A stretch of 64,000 nucleotides of DNA from the human T2T-CHM13v2.0 reference genome, Homo sapiens: the NCBI RefSeq assembly GCF_009914755.1, contig NC_060927.1; one strand, 5' to 3'. A program made the translations under genes and the position numbers. This document shows, in pieces, positions 41,845 to 58,862 of this stretch (position 1 is the first letter of the stretch; each line of letters opens with the position of its first letter). The notes under the pieces were generated by a model. That model saw only the letters and a program-made list of their open reading frames with translations, was not told the origin of the DNA and made no database searches.

Positions 41845-42831
41845 ATGGGGAAAAAACAGAAGAGAAAAACTGGAAACTCTAAAAATCAGAGCGCCTCTCC
41901 TCCTCCAAAGGAACACAGCTTCTCACCAGCAACGGAACAAAGCTGGACAGAGAATGACTTTGACGAGCTGAGAGAAGAAGGCTTCAGACAATCAAATTAC
42001 TCTGAGCTACGGGAGGACATTCAAACCAAAGGCAAAGAAGTTGAAAAATTTGAAAAAAATTTAGAAGAATGTATAACTAGAATAACCAATACAGAGAAGT
42101 GCTTAAAGGAGCTGATGGAGCTGAAAACCAAGGCTCGAGAACTACGTGAAGAATGCAGAAGCCTCAGGAGCCGATGCGATCAACTGGAAGAAAGGGTATC
42201 AGCAATGGAAGATGAAATGAATGAAATGAAGCGAGAAGGAAAGTTTAGAGAAAAAAGAATAAAAAGAAACGAACAAAGCCTCCAAGAAATATTGGACTAT
42301 GTGAAAAGGCCAAATCTACGTCTGATTGGTGTATCTGAAAATGATGGGGAGAATGGAACCAAGTTGGAAAACACTCTGCAGGATATTATCCAGGAGAATT
42401 TCCCCAATCTAGCAAGGCAGGCCAATGTTCAGATTCAGGAAATACACAGAACGCCACAAAGATACTCCTCGAGAGGAGCAACTGCAAGACACATAATTGT
42501 CAGATTCACCAAAGTTGAAATGAAGGAAAAAATGTTAAGGGCAGCCAGAGAGAAAGGTCGGGTTACCCTCAAAGGGAAGCCCATCAGACTAACAGCGGAT
42601 CTCTTGGCAGAAACCCTACAAGCCAGAAGAGAGTGGGGGCCAATATTCAACATTCTTAAAGAAAAGAATTTTCAACCCAGAATTTCATATCCAGCCAAAC
42701 TAAGCTTCATAAGTGAAGGAGAAATAAAATCCTTTACAGACAAGCAAATGCTGAGAGATTTTGTCACCACCAGGCCTGCCCTAAAAGAGCTCCTGAAGGA
42801 AGCACTAAACATGGAAAGGAACAACCAATAA
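41845..42831 (+). CDS. L1 ORF1p, 328 aa, truncated by 10 residues
   Basis: MGKKQ start, coiled coil, REKG, ARR and YPAKLS all present; TAA replaces a Tyr codon before QPLQNHAKM*. Confidence 0.85.
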   Translation: MGKKQKRKTGNSKNQSASPPPKEHSFSPATEQSWTENDFDELREEGFRQSNYSELREDIQTKGKEVEKFEKNLEECITRITNTEKCLKELMELKTKARELREECRSLRSRCDQLEERVSAMEDEMNEMKREGKFREKRIKRNEQSLQEILDYVKRPNLRLIGVSENDGENGTKLENTLQDIIQENFPNLARQANVQIQEIHRTPQRYSSRGATARHIIVRFTKVEMKEKMLRAAREKGRVTLKGKPIRLTADLLAETLQARREWGPIFNILKEKNFQPRISYPAKLSFISEGEIKSFTDKQMLRDFVTTRPALKELLKEALNMERNNQ

Positions 42832-42924
42832 CAGCCGCTGCAAAATCATGCCAAAATGTAAAGACCACTGAGACTAGGAATAAACTACATCAACTAACGA
42901 GCAAAATAACCAGCTAACATCATA

Positions 42925-46750
<3,826 letters not shown>

Positions 46751-47489
46751 ACAATGAGATCACATGGACACAGGAAGGGGAACATCACACTCTGGGGACT
46801 GTTGTGGGGTGGGGGGAGTGGGGAGGGATAGCATTGGGAGATATACCTAATGCTAGATGACGAGTTAGTGGGTGCAGCACACCAGCATGGCACATGTATA
46901 GGTATGTAACTAACCTGCACAATGTGCACATGTACCCTAAAACTTAAAGTATAATAGTAAAAAAATAAAAAATAAATAAATAAATAAATAAAAAACATAC
47001 ATATACCTATACTTACTTTTATTTTTAAATTTATATTAATAATAATTCTGTAGTTTATCCAACTTTATTACTTAATGTATTTTTCATATAAATATAAGCT
47101 TAATTATTTTTTCTTTATATTCTGCTTATGTAACCTAATTCTTTCTAATAGCCACATTGTACATTCCATAATACTGACATGATATGCTTTTTCAACGAAT
47201 TTCTTATTAATGGACACTTTTATTTTATGCAAGTTGTTTTTCTCTTACAAACAATGCTACCATGAGCAAATACCTAAATACATTTTGTAGATCTTCTGTA
47301 AGCACCTCCACAGGGAAATTTCAAGCAGTGAAATTGCCAAGTCAAAGATATTTGCATTTTTATTGATTAAAGGCCTTGAAAATTTTCTGTTACTTAGTAG
47401 GCACTCAAATACTTTTAAAACTAAAACAGTTATATTGTCTATCAGAAAGATTGTCTTGATTTATCACAAATATTAAAATATTTTTAAAC

Positions 47490-47949
47490 TGTGATAGTGT
47501 AATTGTGACTCTCCCCAAAGGATATATTTATTTCCTAATTTCCAGAACCAGTGAACATGATCTTATTTGGAAAAAGAGTCTTTGCAGATGTGATTAAGTT
47601 AAGAATCTTGAGATGAAGGGATTACCCTGGTTTTGTAAGTGGGCCCTAAATCCAAAGAGAAGTGTTCTTATAAGAGGGAAACTTGACAGATACATAAAGG
47701 GAAAAGAGTTATGAAGGGGGAGACTGAGATTAGAGGGATGTAGCCACAGTCCAGGAAGCAGGGACAGAAACCAGGAGCTGAAAGTGGCAAAGAACAGATT
47801 TTCCCCTAGAGCCTCCAAAGGTCATGTGGCCCTGCCAAAACCTTCATTCCAGAATTCTAGCCTGCAGACCTGTGACAGAATACATTTCTGTTGCTTTAAG
47901 ACACTAAGTTTGTGCTAATTTGTGATGGCAGCCTCAGGACACTAATACA
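47490..47949 (+). mobile_element. MLT1C-like MaLR LTR
   Basis: cttatttggaaaaagagtctttgcagatgtgattaagttaagaatcttgagatg...acactaataca. Confidence 0.8.
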
Positions 47950-49815
47950 ATGATTATTACTCAATTGAAGATGGTCAGTATGATAGGAAAGAGCATCTAG
48001 AGTTTGGAGGCAAATTGATTATGACACAAAGAGGGGTCAGGCTGCACAGTCCTGCCTCTGTGGACACCCTTTGTAGCTCTCTCCAGTGACCACTGTCATC
48101 TCCAGTTCATGCATTCTCCCAGATACATCTGAAACTGAGACCCAAAAAACTAAACAAGGGAAAACAAACACTAACTTACCGATTTTTCTTGGTTTGGGCA
48201 CAGGCAGATCAAATACAAATTGATCCAATCCAACTTTGAAAAGAAAGTTAATCAATGCTTTTCCTTTTTTTTTTTTTAAAGCCCAGGTGGTGGCAGATGG
48301 AGACTCACACATCTATATCCATCAAATCATAATTGATCCAGAGAGAGCCTTGCTGGAGAGAGGAGAGCATTTTCCCAGACAATTTTTGATCTCTCCCCTG
48401 GTGGAGAATTATCATGCCATCTGGAAAAAGACAGTATACTCCTTTCGCAGACGTTATGCAGCTAATTACCAACCAATTCCAACTTAGATTGGCCTAGAAC
48501 CATGGAGTGACCCCCTCTGTATTCCCATGTCCCAAGCCACTGCTCTCTCAGCAACCAATTTTAATTTAATGAAACTGATCCTACTTTATGCTTAAATAGT
48601 GCTTACAGTTTAAAAAGCACTGCCAAAGGTGGAACTACAATTGTTTTGTGTTGTTTCTCATGGCAAAACTATGAGATACAAATGGGGCAGATATTATTGT
48701 ATACATTTTCCAGAAGAAGAAGCAACGAGGTTTAGAGAGGCTACGTGATTTGCCACAAGCTTTAGACTTCAAATTCACTGATGTCCTCTGCACCATAATG
48801 CCTCCTGAGAATGGACCCATTTGAAGTAGACATCAAGAAAAAATGAGTCGTTTATTTTCAGATGCTCTCTTTCATTAGGAGGCCTGGTGTCTCTGAGCTG
48901 AAAAGGAATCCTCTGTGTGTATACATGCAAAGGAAGACAAATAAGACATTTCTTATCATCCAAGCCCCCAATATGCTCTGAGTCAAATAGTTCATTGCTC
49001 ATTATATGTTTTACTTTGGATAAGATTAATTTTTAAAAAATTATTCCAAGCTGAACTCCATCATGGACTAAATGTAAATTTAGCCTCTATCATCAACAGC
49101 ATTTCTGGCCTCCTTCTATCATATATCTTCTGATATCCAAGGCAGGAGATAATCAGAGAGTCCATATGTATTTTAAAACTTATTGTCTAAGTACATAGCT
49201 CTTGTAAGACTTGATTTTGACATTTCCTTGGCAATTCACTAATAAGTAAAGTTTTCAGGTGGTCATTCTCTATAGGGCTATAAAAAGAAAATTAAAAGCA
49301 AGATCAATTGTGTTTTGAAAAGTGCTGAAAAAATCCTGAATTTTTTATGACTACCAGACACCAAAAAAGTTATTTTCTAAAGATAATTCTCCTTTCTGTT
49401 CCATGAGTCATGGAGGAATAAGCAATTTGAATTAAAGGCAAGAGATCTGAATTCATATATTCAAATTTATTTATTCACAAATGTATACAGAGCCCCCACT
49501 CTGTGCCAAACATGCACTGGGGCTAAAGCAGTGAGCAAAATAGTCTCTGATCTTAAAAAGCATATACTCTACTGGGCAAAGTAAGACAATGAACATATGT
49601 CAATTTAGTATCTTGTTTTCAGCAAAACATATTCAGAGATTCAAAGCTCACCACTCCTGCCGCCTTCACACAGACACCCTGAAATGGAAGACCACAGAAA
49701 GCTATAAACACAGACAAAGCAGCTGGCCTCATGTCTATAATTTTAGGTAGCCAAGAAAAACTGCCTGTGACAATCATATACACAAAAAAGCAATCATTCA
49801 GGAGCTGGAAAAATG

Positions 49816-49973
49816 CTATCCTTGCAAATGAATTTTTAAGGATGTGGACTCCTCTAAAGGATGGACCTCTAGGAGGGAATGTATGTTTGCCAAGGGCTCC
49901 TTCTGGTGCCTGGAGGTCTTCTTCCACTTTCTTGCACCTGTTCTGCTATTATATTAATATACGTTCCCAGAGA
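49816..49973 (-). pseudogene. Terminal coding exon with premature stop
   Basis: tttttccttcccacag|TC; (L)SGNVY*YNSRTGARKWKKTSRHQKEPLANIHSLLEVHPLEESTSLKIHLQG* (compare CDHR3 VTGETYEFNSKTGARKWK). Confidence 0.88.
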
Positions 49974-50189
49974 CTGTGGGAAGGAAAAAACAAAACACAG
50001 ACAAAGTGAATTACAGTGAACTTGCAAAGCACTTATTTTTCCCATGAAATGTTTATTGAGCATTTGCTAGATAGCTGGCGTAGTGACAAGTTTATCTTCT
50101 CAAGTCTTGTTCTTTTACCAAAGGAAAAACTAGAAGCAGAACCTGAAGCAGTATGTGGTTTCACATGCATTAAAAATTGCCCCTTTAAC

Positions 50190-50510
50190 ACAAGGGAGTT
50201 ATTTCGTGGTATCGGAACAGTGTTGCATCTTGACAGTGGTAGTAGCTATCTGAATCTATAAAGGTGATTAAATGTCATACACATAGACATATAAAAAATA
50301 AATATATGCAATAACTGGGGAAATCTGAGTAAAGTCTGTGGTCTAGTTAGTTGTATTGTACCAACGTCAATTTCCTGATTTTGGCAATGCCCTACAGTAA
50401 GGAAAGATGTGACCTATGGGGAAAGCTGGGTGATGGGTACACAGTACCTCTCTGTATTATTTTTTTTTTTTTGTAGTTTTTTGTGAGTTTTGTAATTATT
50501 TGAAAAGCAA
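50190..50510 (+). mobile_element. L1MC-type 3'UTR fragment
   Basis: actggggaaatctgagtaaagtctgtgg...ggggaaagctgggtgatgggtacacag. Confidence 0.6.
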
Positions 50511-51929
50511 AAGTGTTTTTAATTCAAATGGGTTTTTTTAATTGAAATTAATCTGCCATGTACAGGATCTGAGGTTTAATTAACCAACCCTTCCCAGAAA
50601 CAATAATGTAATAACAGTAATATACAAGAGAAAAGAAATAAGGTAAAAAATGGCCTGATATAGTAGGAAATCAACCAATTATTTCTTAGGTGACTGAGGT
50701 GTTAATTAATGAATAAAAAGAATAATGATAACAATAATAACTGATCCTATAGTATTTACTATATGCCAGACTCTGTTTTCATATATCAATTTATTTAATC
50801 TGCTCAATGTCCTTTTTAGGTAAATATTATGTGCCACATTTTAGAAATAAGAAAGCTGGAGCACAGATACATTAAGTAATCTGCCAATACCACATCATCT
50901 ATAACTGGCAGACCTAGATTTGAATCCCAACAGTCCAGCTGCAGACTCTAAATACTAATGACCTAGGGTAGGGGGCCACATCTTATCTCACTTTAGGTTG
51001 GGCTCCATGAACAAAATAGTGCCTTATGCATCATATTTTAGATTCCACGGAACATTTGATAAATGATAGTATGTTCTAACACATATAGGTAAACCTATTT
51101 TTATTTTAAAATATTTCTCTTCTTTAAATGTCATGTGAAACTTCACAGCACTGAGTCTGCTCTCAAAGATACATTAATTGAAAGGTGATTCTTCTGCCAG
51201 GACCACTGTACTAGAGTGAATAATGCACTTCCCTTCCTTCATACACACACAAATCTATACCACCAAAAAATCTACACCGTCATTCAACAGTTCATGTTGG
51301 AACTGAAAACAAATTGCTGAGGCACACATCAAACATCCAGGTTCAAAATAAGCCAAATGCATCCATCCAAACATACAGTAACAATATCCTCCTATTGAGT
51401 AGACCAAAGGTGACAAGTATCTGTCAAACACTGAATCAACAGAAAGTGACTGCAATAGCTTGTTGTCTTTATTGGATCATGTATACTTGTTTTTTTTCTC
51501 TTGAAAATGGAAGTACCTAAAGCCAAGTCTTTGTTGATGCACTGGTTTTCTGCCAGGCCATTCAATGATAGGAGAGGTCATGAATAGTGTTAGGGATAAA
51601 GGTTTCTGTGTCAGACTGCCTAGCTTCTAATCCTGACTCCTTCCTCTCACTAAACTATGGTTGTAGGGAAGTTGCCTTGTCTCTCTGGGCCACAGTTTTC
51701 TCATTTATAAAATGAGGATAATAATACTAGTCAGTACCTCATAAGTAGTTATGAGAATGTGCAATTCATGTAGAAGCATTTTGACCACACTCAGAATTCA
51801 GTAAATGTTTACTTTATTTTGATATTAGAAATACCCTAAAAACATCTTGCAATAAGTCTGCAACTGCATAGTTAAATATAAACATTTTCAGTTTGCTAAG
51901 AATAATAATGTTAAAATTAAATAGATTAC

Positions 51930-52405
51930 ATAGCAGCATTATTCACAATAGCCAAAAGGTGGAAGCAATGCAGATATCCATTGATGGATGACTGGACAAA
52001 CAAAATGTGGTATGTAAGTACAAGGCGATGTTATTCCACCTTAAACAGGCAGGAAATTCTGACACATGCTGCAACATGGATGAACCTTGAAGAAAGACAT
52101 TATACTAAGTAAAACAAGTCAGTCACGCAAAAACAAATATTGTATGAGTCTACTTATATGAAGTACTTAGAGTAGTCAAATTCACAGAGACAGAAAGTAG
52201 AATGGTGGTTAACAGAGGCTGTGGGGAGGGAAGATTAGAAAGTTATTGTTTAATGGGTATAGAGTTTCAGTTAGGGAAGATGAAAAAATTCTGGAGATAG
52301 TGGTGATGGTTGCACAGCAATGTGCATGTACTCAGTGCCACAGAACTGTACATTTATAAATAGTTAAAATGATAATTCTATGTTGTATATATTTAACACA
52401 ATAAA
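51930..52405 (+). mobile_element. L1MB 3' fragment
   Basis: gaaattctgacacatgctgcaacatggatgaacc; gtttaatgggtatagagtttcag. Confidence 0.8.
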
Positions 52406-52495
52406 GGTTTAAATAACTTAATAATTATGAACTGCTTAGAACAAGCCTGGTACACTGTAAGTACTAAATGAGTATTTATAAAATACACTTTTTTA

Positions 52496-53251
52496 CGGAT
52501 CATCACTGGTCATTAGAGAAATGCAAATCAAAACCACAATGAGATACCATCTCATGCCAGTTAGAATGGTGATCATTAAAAAGTTAGGAAACAACAGATG
52601 CTGGAGAGGATGTGGAGAAATAGGAATGCTTTTACACTGTTGGTGGAACTGTAAACTAGTTCACCCATTGTGGAAGACAGTGTGGCAATTCCTCCAGGAT
52701 GTAGAACCAGAAATACCATTTAACACAGCCATCCCATTACTGGGTATATACCCAAAGGATTATAAGCCATTCTACTATAAAGACACATAAAAACCTATGT
52801 TTATTGCAGCACTATTCACAATAGCAAAGACTTGGAGCCAACCCAAATGCCCATTAATGATAGACTGGATAAAGAAAATGTGGCACATATACACCATGGA
52901 ATACTATGCAGCCATAAAAATGGATGAGTTCATGTCCTCTGCAGGACATGGATGAAGGTAGAAACCATCATTCTCAGCAAACTAACACAGGAACAGAAAA
53001 CCGAACACCACATATTCTCATTCATAAGTGGGAGTTGAACCATGAGAACATATGTACACAGGGAGGGGAACATTACACACCAGGGCCTGTCAGGAGGTGG
53101 GGGGCTAGGGGAGGGATAGCATTAGAATAAATACCTAATGTAGATGACAGGTTGATGGGTGCAGCAAACCACCACGGCACGTGTATACCTATGTAACAAA
53201 CCTGCATGTTCTGCACATGTATCCCAGAACTTAAAGTATAATAATAAAAAA
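52496..53251 (+). mobile_element. 5'-truncated L1PA7/8-like 3' end
   Basis: [11 protein letters not shown]...[10 protein letters not shown]; cctaatgtagatgacaggttgatggg; TSD-like atacactttttta / atatactttttta. Confidence 0.88.
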
Positions 53252-53256
53252 ACTTA

Positions 53257-53320
53257 AATATATATATATGTGTGTGTGTATGTGTGTGTATATATATGTG
53301 TGTGTATATATACATATATA
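53257..53320. repeat. (TA)n/(TG)n compound microsatellite at the L1 tail
   Basis: atatatatatatgtgtgtgtgtatgtgtgtgtatatatatgtgtgtgtatatatacatatata. Confidence 0.9.
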
Positions 53321-54739
53321 CTTTTTTAAAGAAGGAAACAAAAAATGGCATACAGTAATTTTTGTTAGTTCCAATAATAACAAGAAAGTAGAGGAAGGAG
53401 CCCAGAGAAGGGCACGGCTCTCATTGCAGGCTGCTCTGTTATTCTTACACCAAGAAGTCTGGTACAAGACACTCCACCCTCGGCTGTCACACAACAGTCA
53501 TCTTGCTGCCCTTGTACCTAAGGACCTAGCTACCTACTCCTTATCTGACTCTTTTCTACCACTATTAAGATTCAATCTCTGCTCTAAACATTTCCACTAA
53601 CTCTTTTCCTCCCTGTCTTTGAAAGGAAAGAAAGCCATGTTACTCTAGACACATTTATTCCATACTCTAGACTCTAAGCCTTGTTTTAATATGCATAAAA
53701 TGGGGACAATAATGGTACTTCTTTCACAGGAAGATAGAATATGAAAATAGAATGTTAATTCTCATTGTTTGGAACTTCAATGGGACAAGTCATATTTGGC
53801 ATAGGTGAACACTCAATAAATGTTCATGTATGCTTTCAATGAATTCCTGGAAATTGGAACTCATTAGAGCCAGATTATTTAATATAGGTCAGATAAGGAT
53901 ATAAACAGTATGTTTTTAATTTTACAAAATACTTTTTAAAGGAATGACTTTCTTTAAGGAGAGCCTGGCAGTCAGTAATAAAGCATCAATAATTTCATGC
54001 CAAGCTATCCAGAGCTGTCAGGATTTAACTTGCAGTAAAGTGTCACAAGCTGTTATCATACCAATGAGTCTTTTATGGCTAATATCTCATGTTGAGTGAC
54101 ACTTTACAAAATGACTTTTACTTTATTATATTCATGTTTAAACTTCACAACCACCCCATGAAAGACAGAAAGCCCACACTGTCATGCCTTCTTTGCAGCT
54201 AGTAAAAGGGAGACTCAGGGAGGTTAAGTGCTTTCTCCATGTTCACATGGAGTGCTAGCAGTTGTGTCAACACTCAAACCCTAGTCTTCTAACTCTACAC
54301 CAAGGCTTTTCCAATAACTCTGATGACTTTCTATTTCTGCCTCTTTCTTTAGGGAAGAAATGCATGAAAAAAAAAACTTCAAAATGTTTTGTAAAATGGA
54401 GGTATGATCTGCTCTGCAATTCCAGGTATCATAACAGATAAATATTTAGACCAGGTATTGCAAATCCACGACCCATTTGGACTGTAGATGTGGTTGATTA
54501 AAGATGGCCACAAATTCTTTGACTCCCATACCTTGAGAACAGGGGTGTATGCTCCTCTCTTTGAATCTGGATAGACTCTGACTGCTTTAATTAGGCAGAA
54601 GTGATGCTATGCCAATTTCCAGGCCTGATCCTCAAGAAATCACAACTTTCCCTCCTATCTCTTGGCTTTCTCTGAGAGATCTAAACTGCCACATAGGATG
54701 TCCACCTATCCCTGCTGGAGCAACTACATGAAGAGTCCC

Positions 54740-55096
54740 TGTATTAGTCTGTTCTCATGCTGCTAATAAAAGACACACCCGAGACTGCACAATGTATAAA
54801 TGAAAGAGGTTTAATGGACTCACAGTTCCACATGACTGGGGAGGCCTCACAATCATGGCAGAAAGCAAAAGAGAAGAAAAGGCACATCTTACATGGCGGC
54901 AGGCAAGAGAGCTTGTGCAAGGGAACTCCCATTTATAAAACTATAAGATCTCGTGAGACTTATTCACTACCATGAGAACAGTATGGGGGAAACTGACCCC
55001 ACGATTCAATTATCTCCATCTGGCCCCACCCTTGACATGTGAGGATTATTACAATTCAAGGTGAGATTTGGGTGGGGACACAGCCAAACCATATCA
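54740..55096 (-). mobile_element. THE1 LTR nested in an MLT1F-like LTR (about 54490-55380)
   Basis: tgtattagtctgttctcatgctgct...cagccaaaccatatca; 5-bp TSD gtccc / ggccc. Confidence 0.9.
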
Positions 55097-55763
55097 GGCC
55101 CTGAGATTATAAGAAGAGGAAGTGGAACCCAGAAGGGCCAAACTGTAACTGTCCCCACCAAGCTGTCATGCTTGTGAGTGAAGCCACTGTGGACCCACAA
55201 GACCAGACAGGCTGCCAATTGAATACCATTGAAGTGACCCTTCATAAAGAAAAAAAAGAAGAAGTCCAGGTAATACCTGCTCAAATTCCTGATGCAGAAA
55301 AGTGTGAGATATAATAAAATGGTGCTTATTCTAAGCTAGTAAGACTTGGGGGAAGTTTGTTGCACAGTATATAACTAGGGAATGAGGCAGATGTGTTTTA
55401 TTTGGCCCATACAGTGGAGTTTAATTGAATTATTTGCCTACTTTTAAAAGTGGGTGGATTTCATGTAACAATTTGGATTTCTATCTTCCTTTTGAAGTAT
55501 CAAAATTATGGCAACACAAGGCCTCTTCCCAGTAATTTGATGGAGCTGAGTGACAGCCATGTCCCCCAAGTATTAGCTGCCATTGATGATTGAATTTGCT
55601 GTTTTATCTGACCCCTTACAGTCATTTATTTACCTGCCTGGCCCTAAAATAGTATGCCTTAGGACCCAGTCTCATTTTATAAAAGAATAAGTAATTCATT
55701 CACATAGTTTAATATCTAAATAGGTGAAATGCACTTAAATCAAAAGATATTTAAACACCATAT

Positions 55764-55812
55764 GTGGATCAATGGCTTCTGCATCAAACACAGTCTCATA
55801 TACAGTGGTTTC
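55764..55812 (-). pseudogene. 49-nt cytoplasmic exon with mutated donor
   Basis: ctttttaaaag|GAA; ETTVYETVFDAEAIDP (compare CDHR3 ETIQMNTIFDGEAIDP); followed by c|atatgg rather than c|gtatgg. Confidence 0.85.
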
Positions 55813-56036
55813 CTTTTAAAAAGCACAGTGTATTAGCAGTAAAATCAGCTTTATAAGATTTGTTTTTACAAGTGTTGAAGACTTTGAGCAGATGACTTAT
55901 TATAAGTTACCTCATCTTTCTAATTTATAGAGGGCTAGCAGCCTCAAGACAAAAGACTTCCCACTGTTTGTATCACCTCCTAATCCCATCCCCCACATCA
56001 GTCTGCCTGCCATACCCTCTTATCATGTATGGGAGG

Positions 56037-56403
56037 TGCTATGGGCTGAATTATGTCCCCCAAAATTCGTATGTTGAAATCCTAACCTCAGAGTGTGACT
56101 GTATTTGGAGATAGAGTGATTAAGTTAAATGAGATCACAAGAGTGAGACTTAATCCAATATGACTGATGTCCTTCTAAGAAGAGGAGACTAGGACACAGA
56201 CAGCACAGGCTGAGGGACAACTGTGAGGACGTAGTAAGAAGGTGGCCATCTGCAAGCCAAAGAGACAGGCCTCAGAAGAAACCAAATCTGCTGGCACCTT
56301 GATCTTGGACTTCCAGCCTCTAGCACTGTAAGAAATAAATTTATGTTGTCTAAGCTACCCAGGCTGTCATATTTTGCTATGGCAGATGGAGCAGACTCAT
56401 ACA
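56037..56403 (+). mobile_element. MLT1A/B MaLR LTR
   Basis: tgctatgggctgaattatgtcccccaaaattcgtatgttgaaatcctaacc...gactcataca; TSD ggagg / ggaga. Confidence 0.85.
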
Positions 56404-56702
56404 GGAGATGAGCTGGCTTCAGTTTACTAAAGAGGCAGAGGTAGGAAGCATTGAAAGAGAAGAAGTTTATGAAACAATGTTGGGTCAGTTAGGATTCATC
56501 TAGAAATGTTCTTGGTTTATGAGGAGGCAAGCAGAGAGAAAAAAGGAAATGAAGACTAAAAATGCCCTTCCTTGTTCCATTCTACATTTGCTTTTCCTGG
56601 AACCAGCCTTACCCTTGTATAGTCGTTTAAATGGATCATTTAGTAAATGAGCCTCAGTCAATTTGAAGATGGTTTGCATACTCTAGGGTGTAGATTTTTT
56701 AA

Positions 56703-57089
<387 letters not shown>

Positions 57090-57413
57090 TAATTTTTATT
57101 TTCAAGAATGGTGAATAATGCTAAGTTTCCCATTGTCTACAGTTTTTTGTTTGTTTGTTTTTTTCTTGAATGCACTTGTAGTACTTGAGGCAGATTTTGA
57201 CCTAAGCCAAATTCTAAAACTTAACCTGAATTTACAGTTTTGTAATGCATACAAATTCAGCAAAAGGAGATAAATTGAGATGCTTTTACTTCCTATGGTG
57301 ATTGAGTATATTTACCATATGTTTACATGAAAGAAATTTTCATTGAACAACAATTACAGGGAAAAATGTAGTTCTCTTTCTTTTACTATAGAGGGTCACA
57401 AAAATGTACTTAC

Positions 57414-57478
57414 TGTTAATACTTCTAATTTTTTATTTCTGTGTCCTGTGACAATATTTTCCTTTTGATTTCCATCGC
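57414..57478 (-). CDS. 65-nt cytoplasmic exon, phase 1 to 0
   Basis: ttctttattttggaatag|GC...ACA|gtaagt; (G)DGNQKENIVTGHRNKKLEVLT. Confidence 0.75.
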
Positions 57479-57582
57479 CTATTCCAAAATAAAGAAATAA
57501 AAGTCAGGTACTAGATGAGTGGCATTTTAAAAATCACACAATTCAAGCATAATCATGTAACAATTAGCAATCTGTATCTTAC

Positions 57583-57602
57583 CTGCAATATACTTAATTC
57601 CT
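57583..57602 (-). CDS. 20-nt microexon, phase 2 to 1
   Basis: ttttcttttcatacag|AGGAATTAAGTATATTGCAG|gtaaga; (K)GIKYIA; required for frame continuity. Confidence 0.72.
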
Positions 57603-58101
57603 CTGTATGAAAAGAAAATTTGACAAAATATCAGCTTTATTATGTTAACACATGACAAAAATAATTTCATTCAATAGTCAGCACATGATTATCCCATCTC
57701 CAAGAAAAAAGAAATACTGTATAAGAAGAATAAAATGGTCTTCATTAACCATCACCACCTCCTTCACTGCACCATAAATAAATTCTATTTAGTTAATAAA
57801 CATTCATGTCCAACTCTATTTTTGAAGTCATGATATTCTGCACTCTGAAGAAATATTTTTAGATGGTGAGGAAAGTAGCTACATTTTCTACCCATTTATT
57901 TGTCCTCTCTGCCCTGCTCCAGATATGCTTCAGATAGACTTAAAACCAGTCAGATGTGTGGAGAGGGTACCTGCATTTATCACCAGTCCCTCAACTAGTT
58001 TATGGTGCTTCTCAAACACCTATGAAACCACTTACATTAAAATAATATGAAAAATTGTTTGTTTGTTGGCTCACAAATTTATTTGTTTAAAACATAATCT
58101 T

Positions 58102-58403
<302 letters not shown>

Positions 58404-58662
58404 CTCTCTCACAGAAAATCTGTTTCATGTGTTCTAAGGTAGAACTCAATAACATGTTGTTGCTGTTTTTCAAAGAAAGCTCCCCAACTCTTTCTGGGAT
58501 AGAGTAGGTTTGAGATCATTGGTAAAAGGAACCATCAGGTTTCGTATACCAAGTACTTTCCTCTGCCCTTCAAAAGCATACATAAGTCCTTAGAGTAAGT
58601 TTACCAAACCTCAACTGGTTTTAGCTCTTTATATCAAAAGCTTAGAAAGAAAAATCACATAC

Positions 58663-58862
58663 TTGGGTTTGGCCTTGGAGACTTCCTTGGTCATTTTCTG
58701 ACAGCATTCCATAATGTTCCCATATTTCCAAAGCAGGAAACATACCCAGGAAATCAACCCAGCAAAGAAAATAGCCATCAGAGTGAAGATAAGAGGAATG
58801 TACCAGTCATTGGATTTGTACGTGTTTATAGCTGTGTACAGGACGATCAGACCTTTTCTTTG
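58663..58862 (-). CDS. Transmembrane exon, 200 nt, phase 0 to 2
   Basis: tttcccag|CAA...CCCAA|gtatgt; QRKGLIVLYTAINTYKSNDWYIPLIFTLMAIFFAGLISWVCFLLWKYGNIMECCQKMTKEVSKAKP (compare CDHR3 WYVPFVITLG). Confidence 0.9.

Noticed and set aside
48180-48420. Minus-strand exon-like segment (ctttttccag|ATGG...ATCG|gtaagt)
   Set aside because: Lies beyond the cadherin stop codon with no recognisable coding similarity; could be a non-coding exon but cannot be supported from sequence alone.
49466-49475. Overlapping minus-strand AATAAA motifs as the cadherin poly(A) site
   Set aside because: Position is plausible, but they lie in an L2-like AT-rich end; use cannot be shown without 3'-end data.
51255-51516. 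Possible extra cadherin exon or 66-aa ORF
   Set aside because: Weak acceptor, stop in the phase-1 frame, no homology, and the gene model is complete without it.
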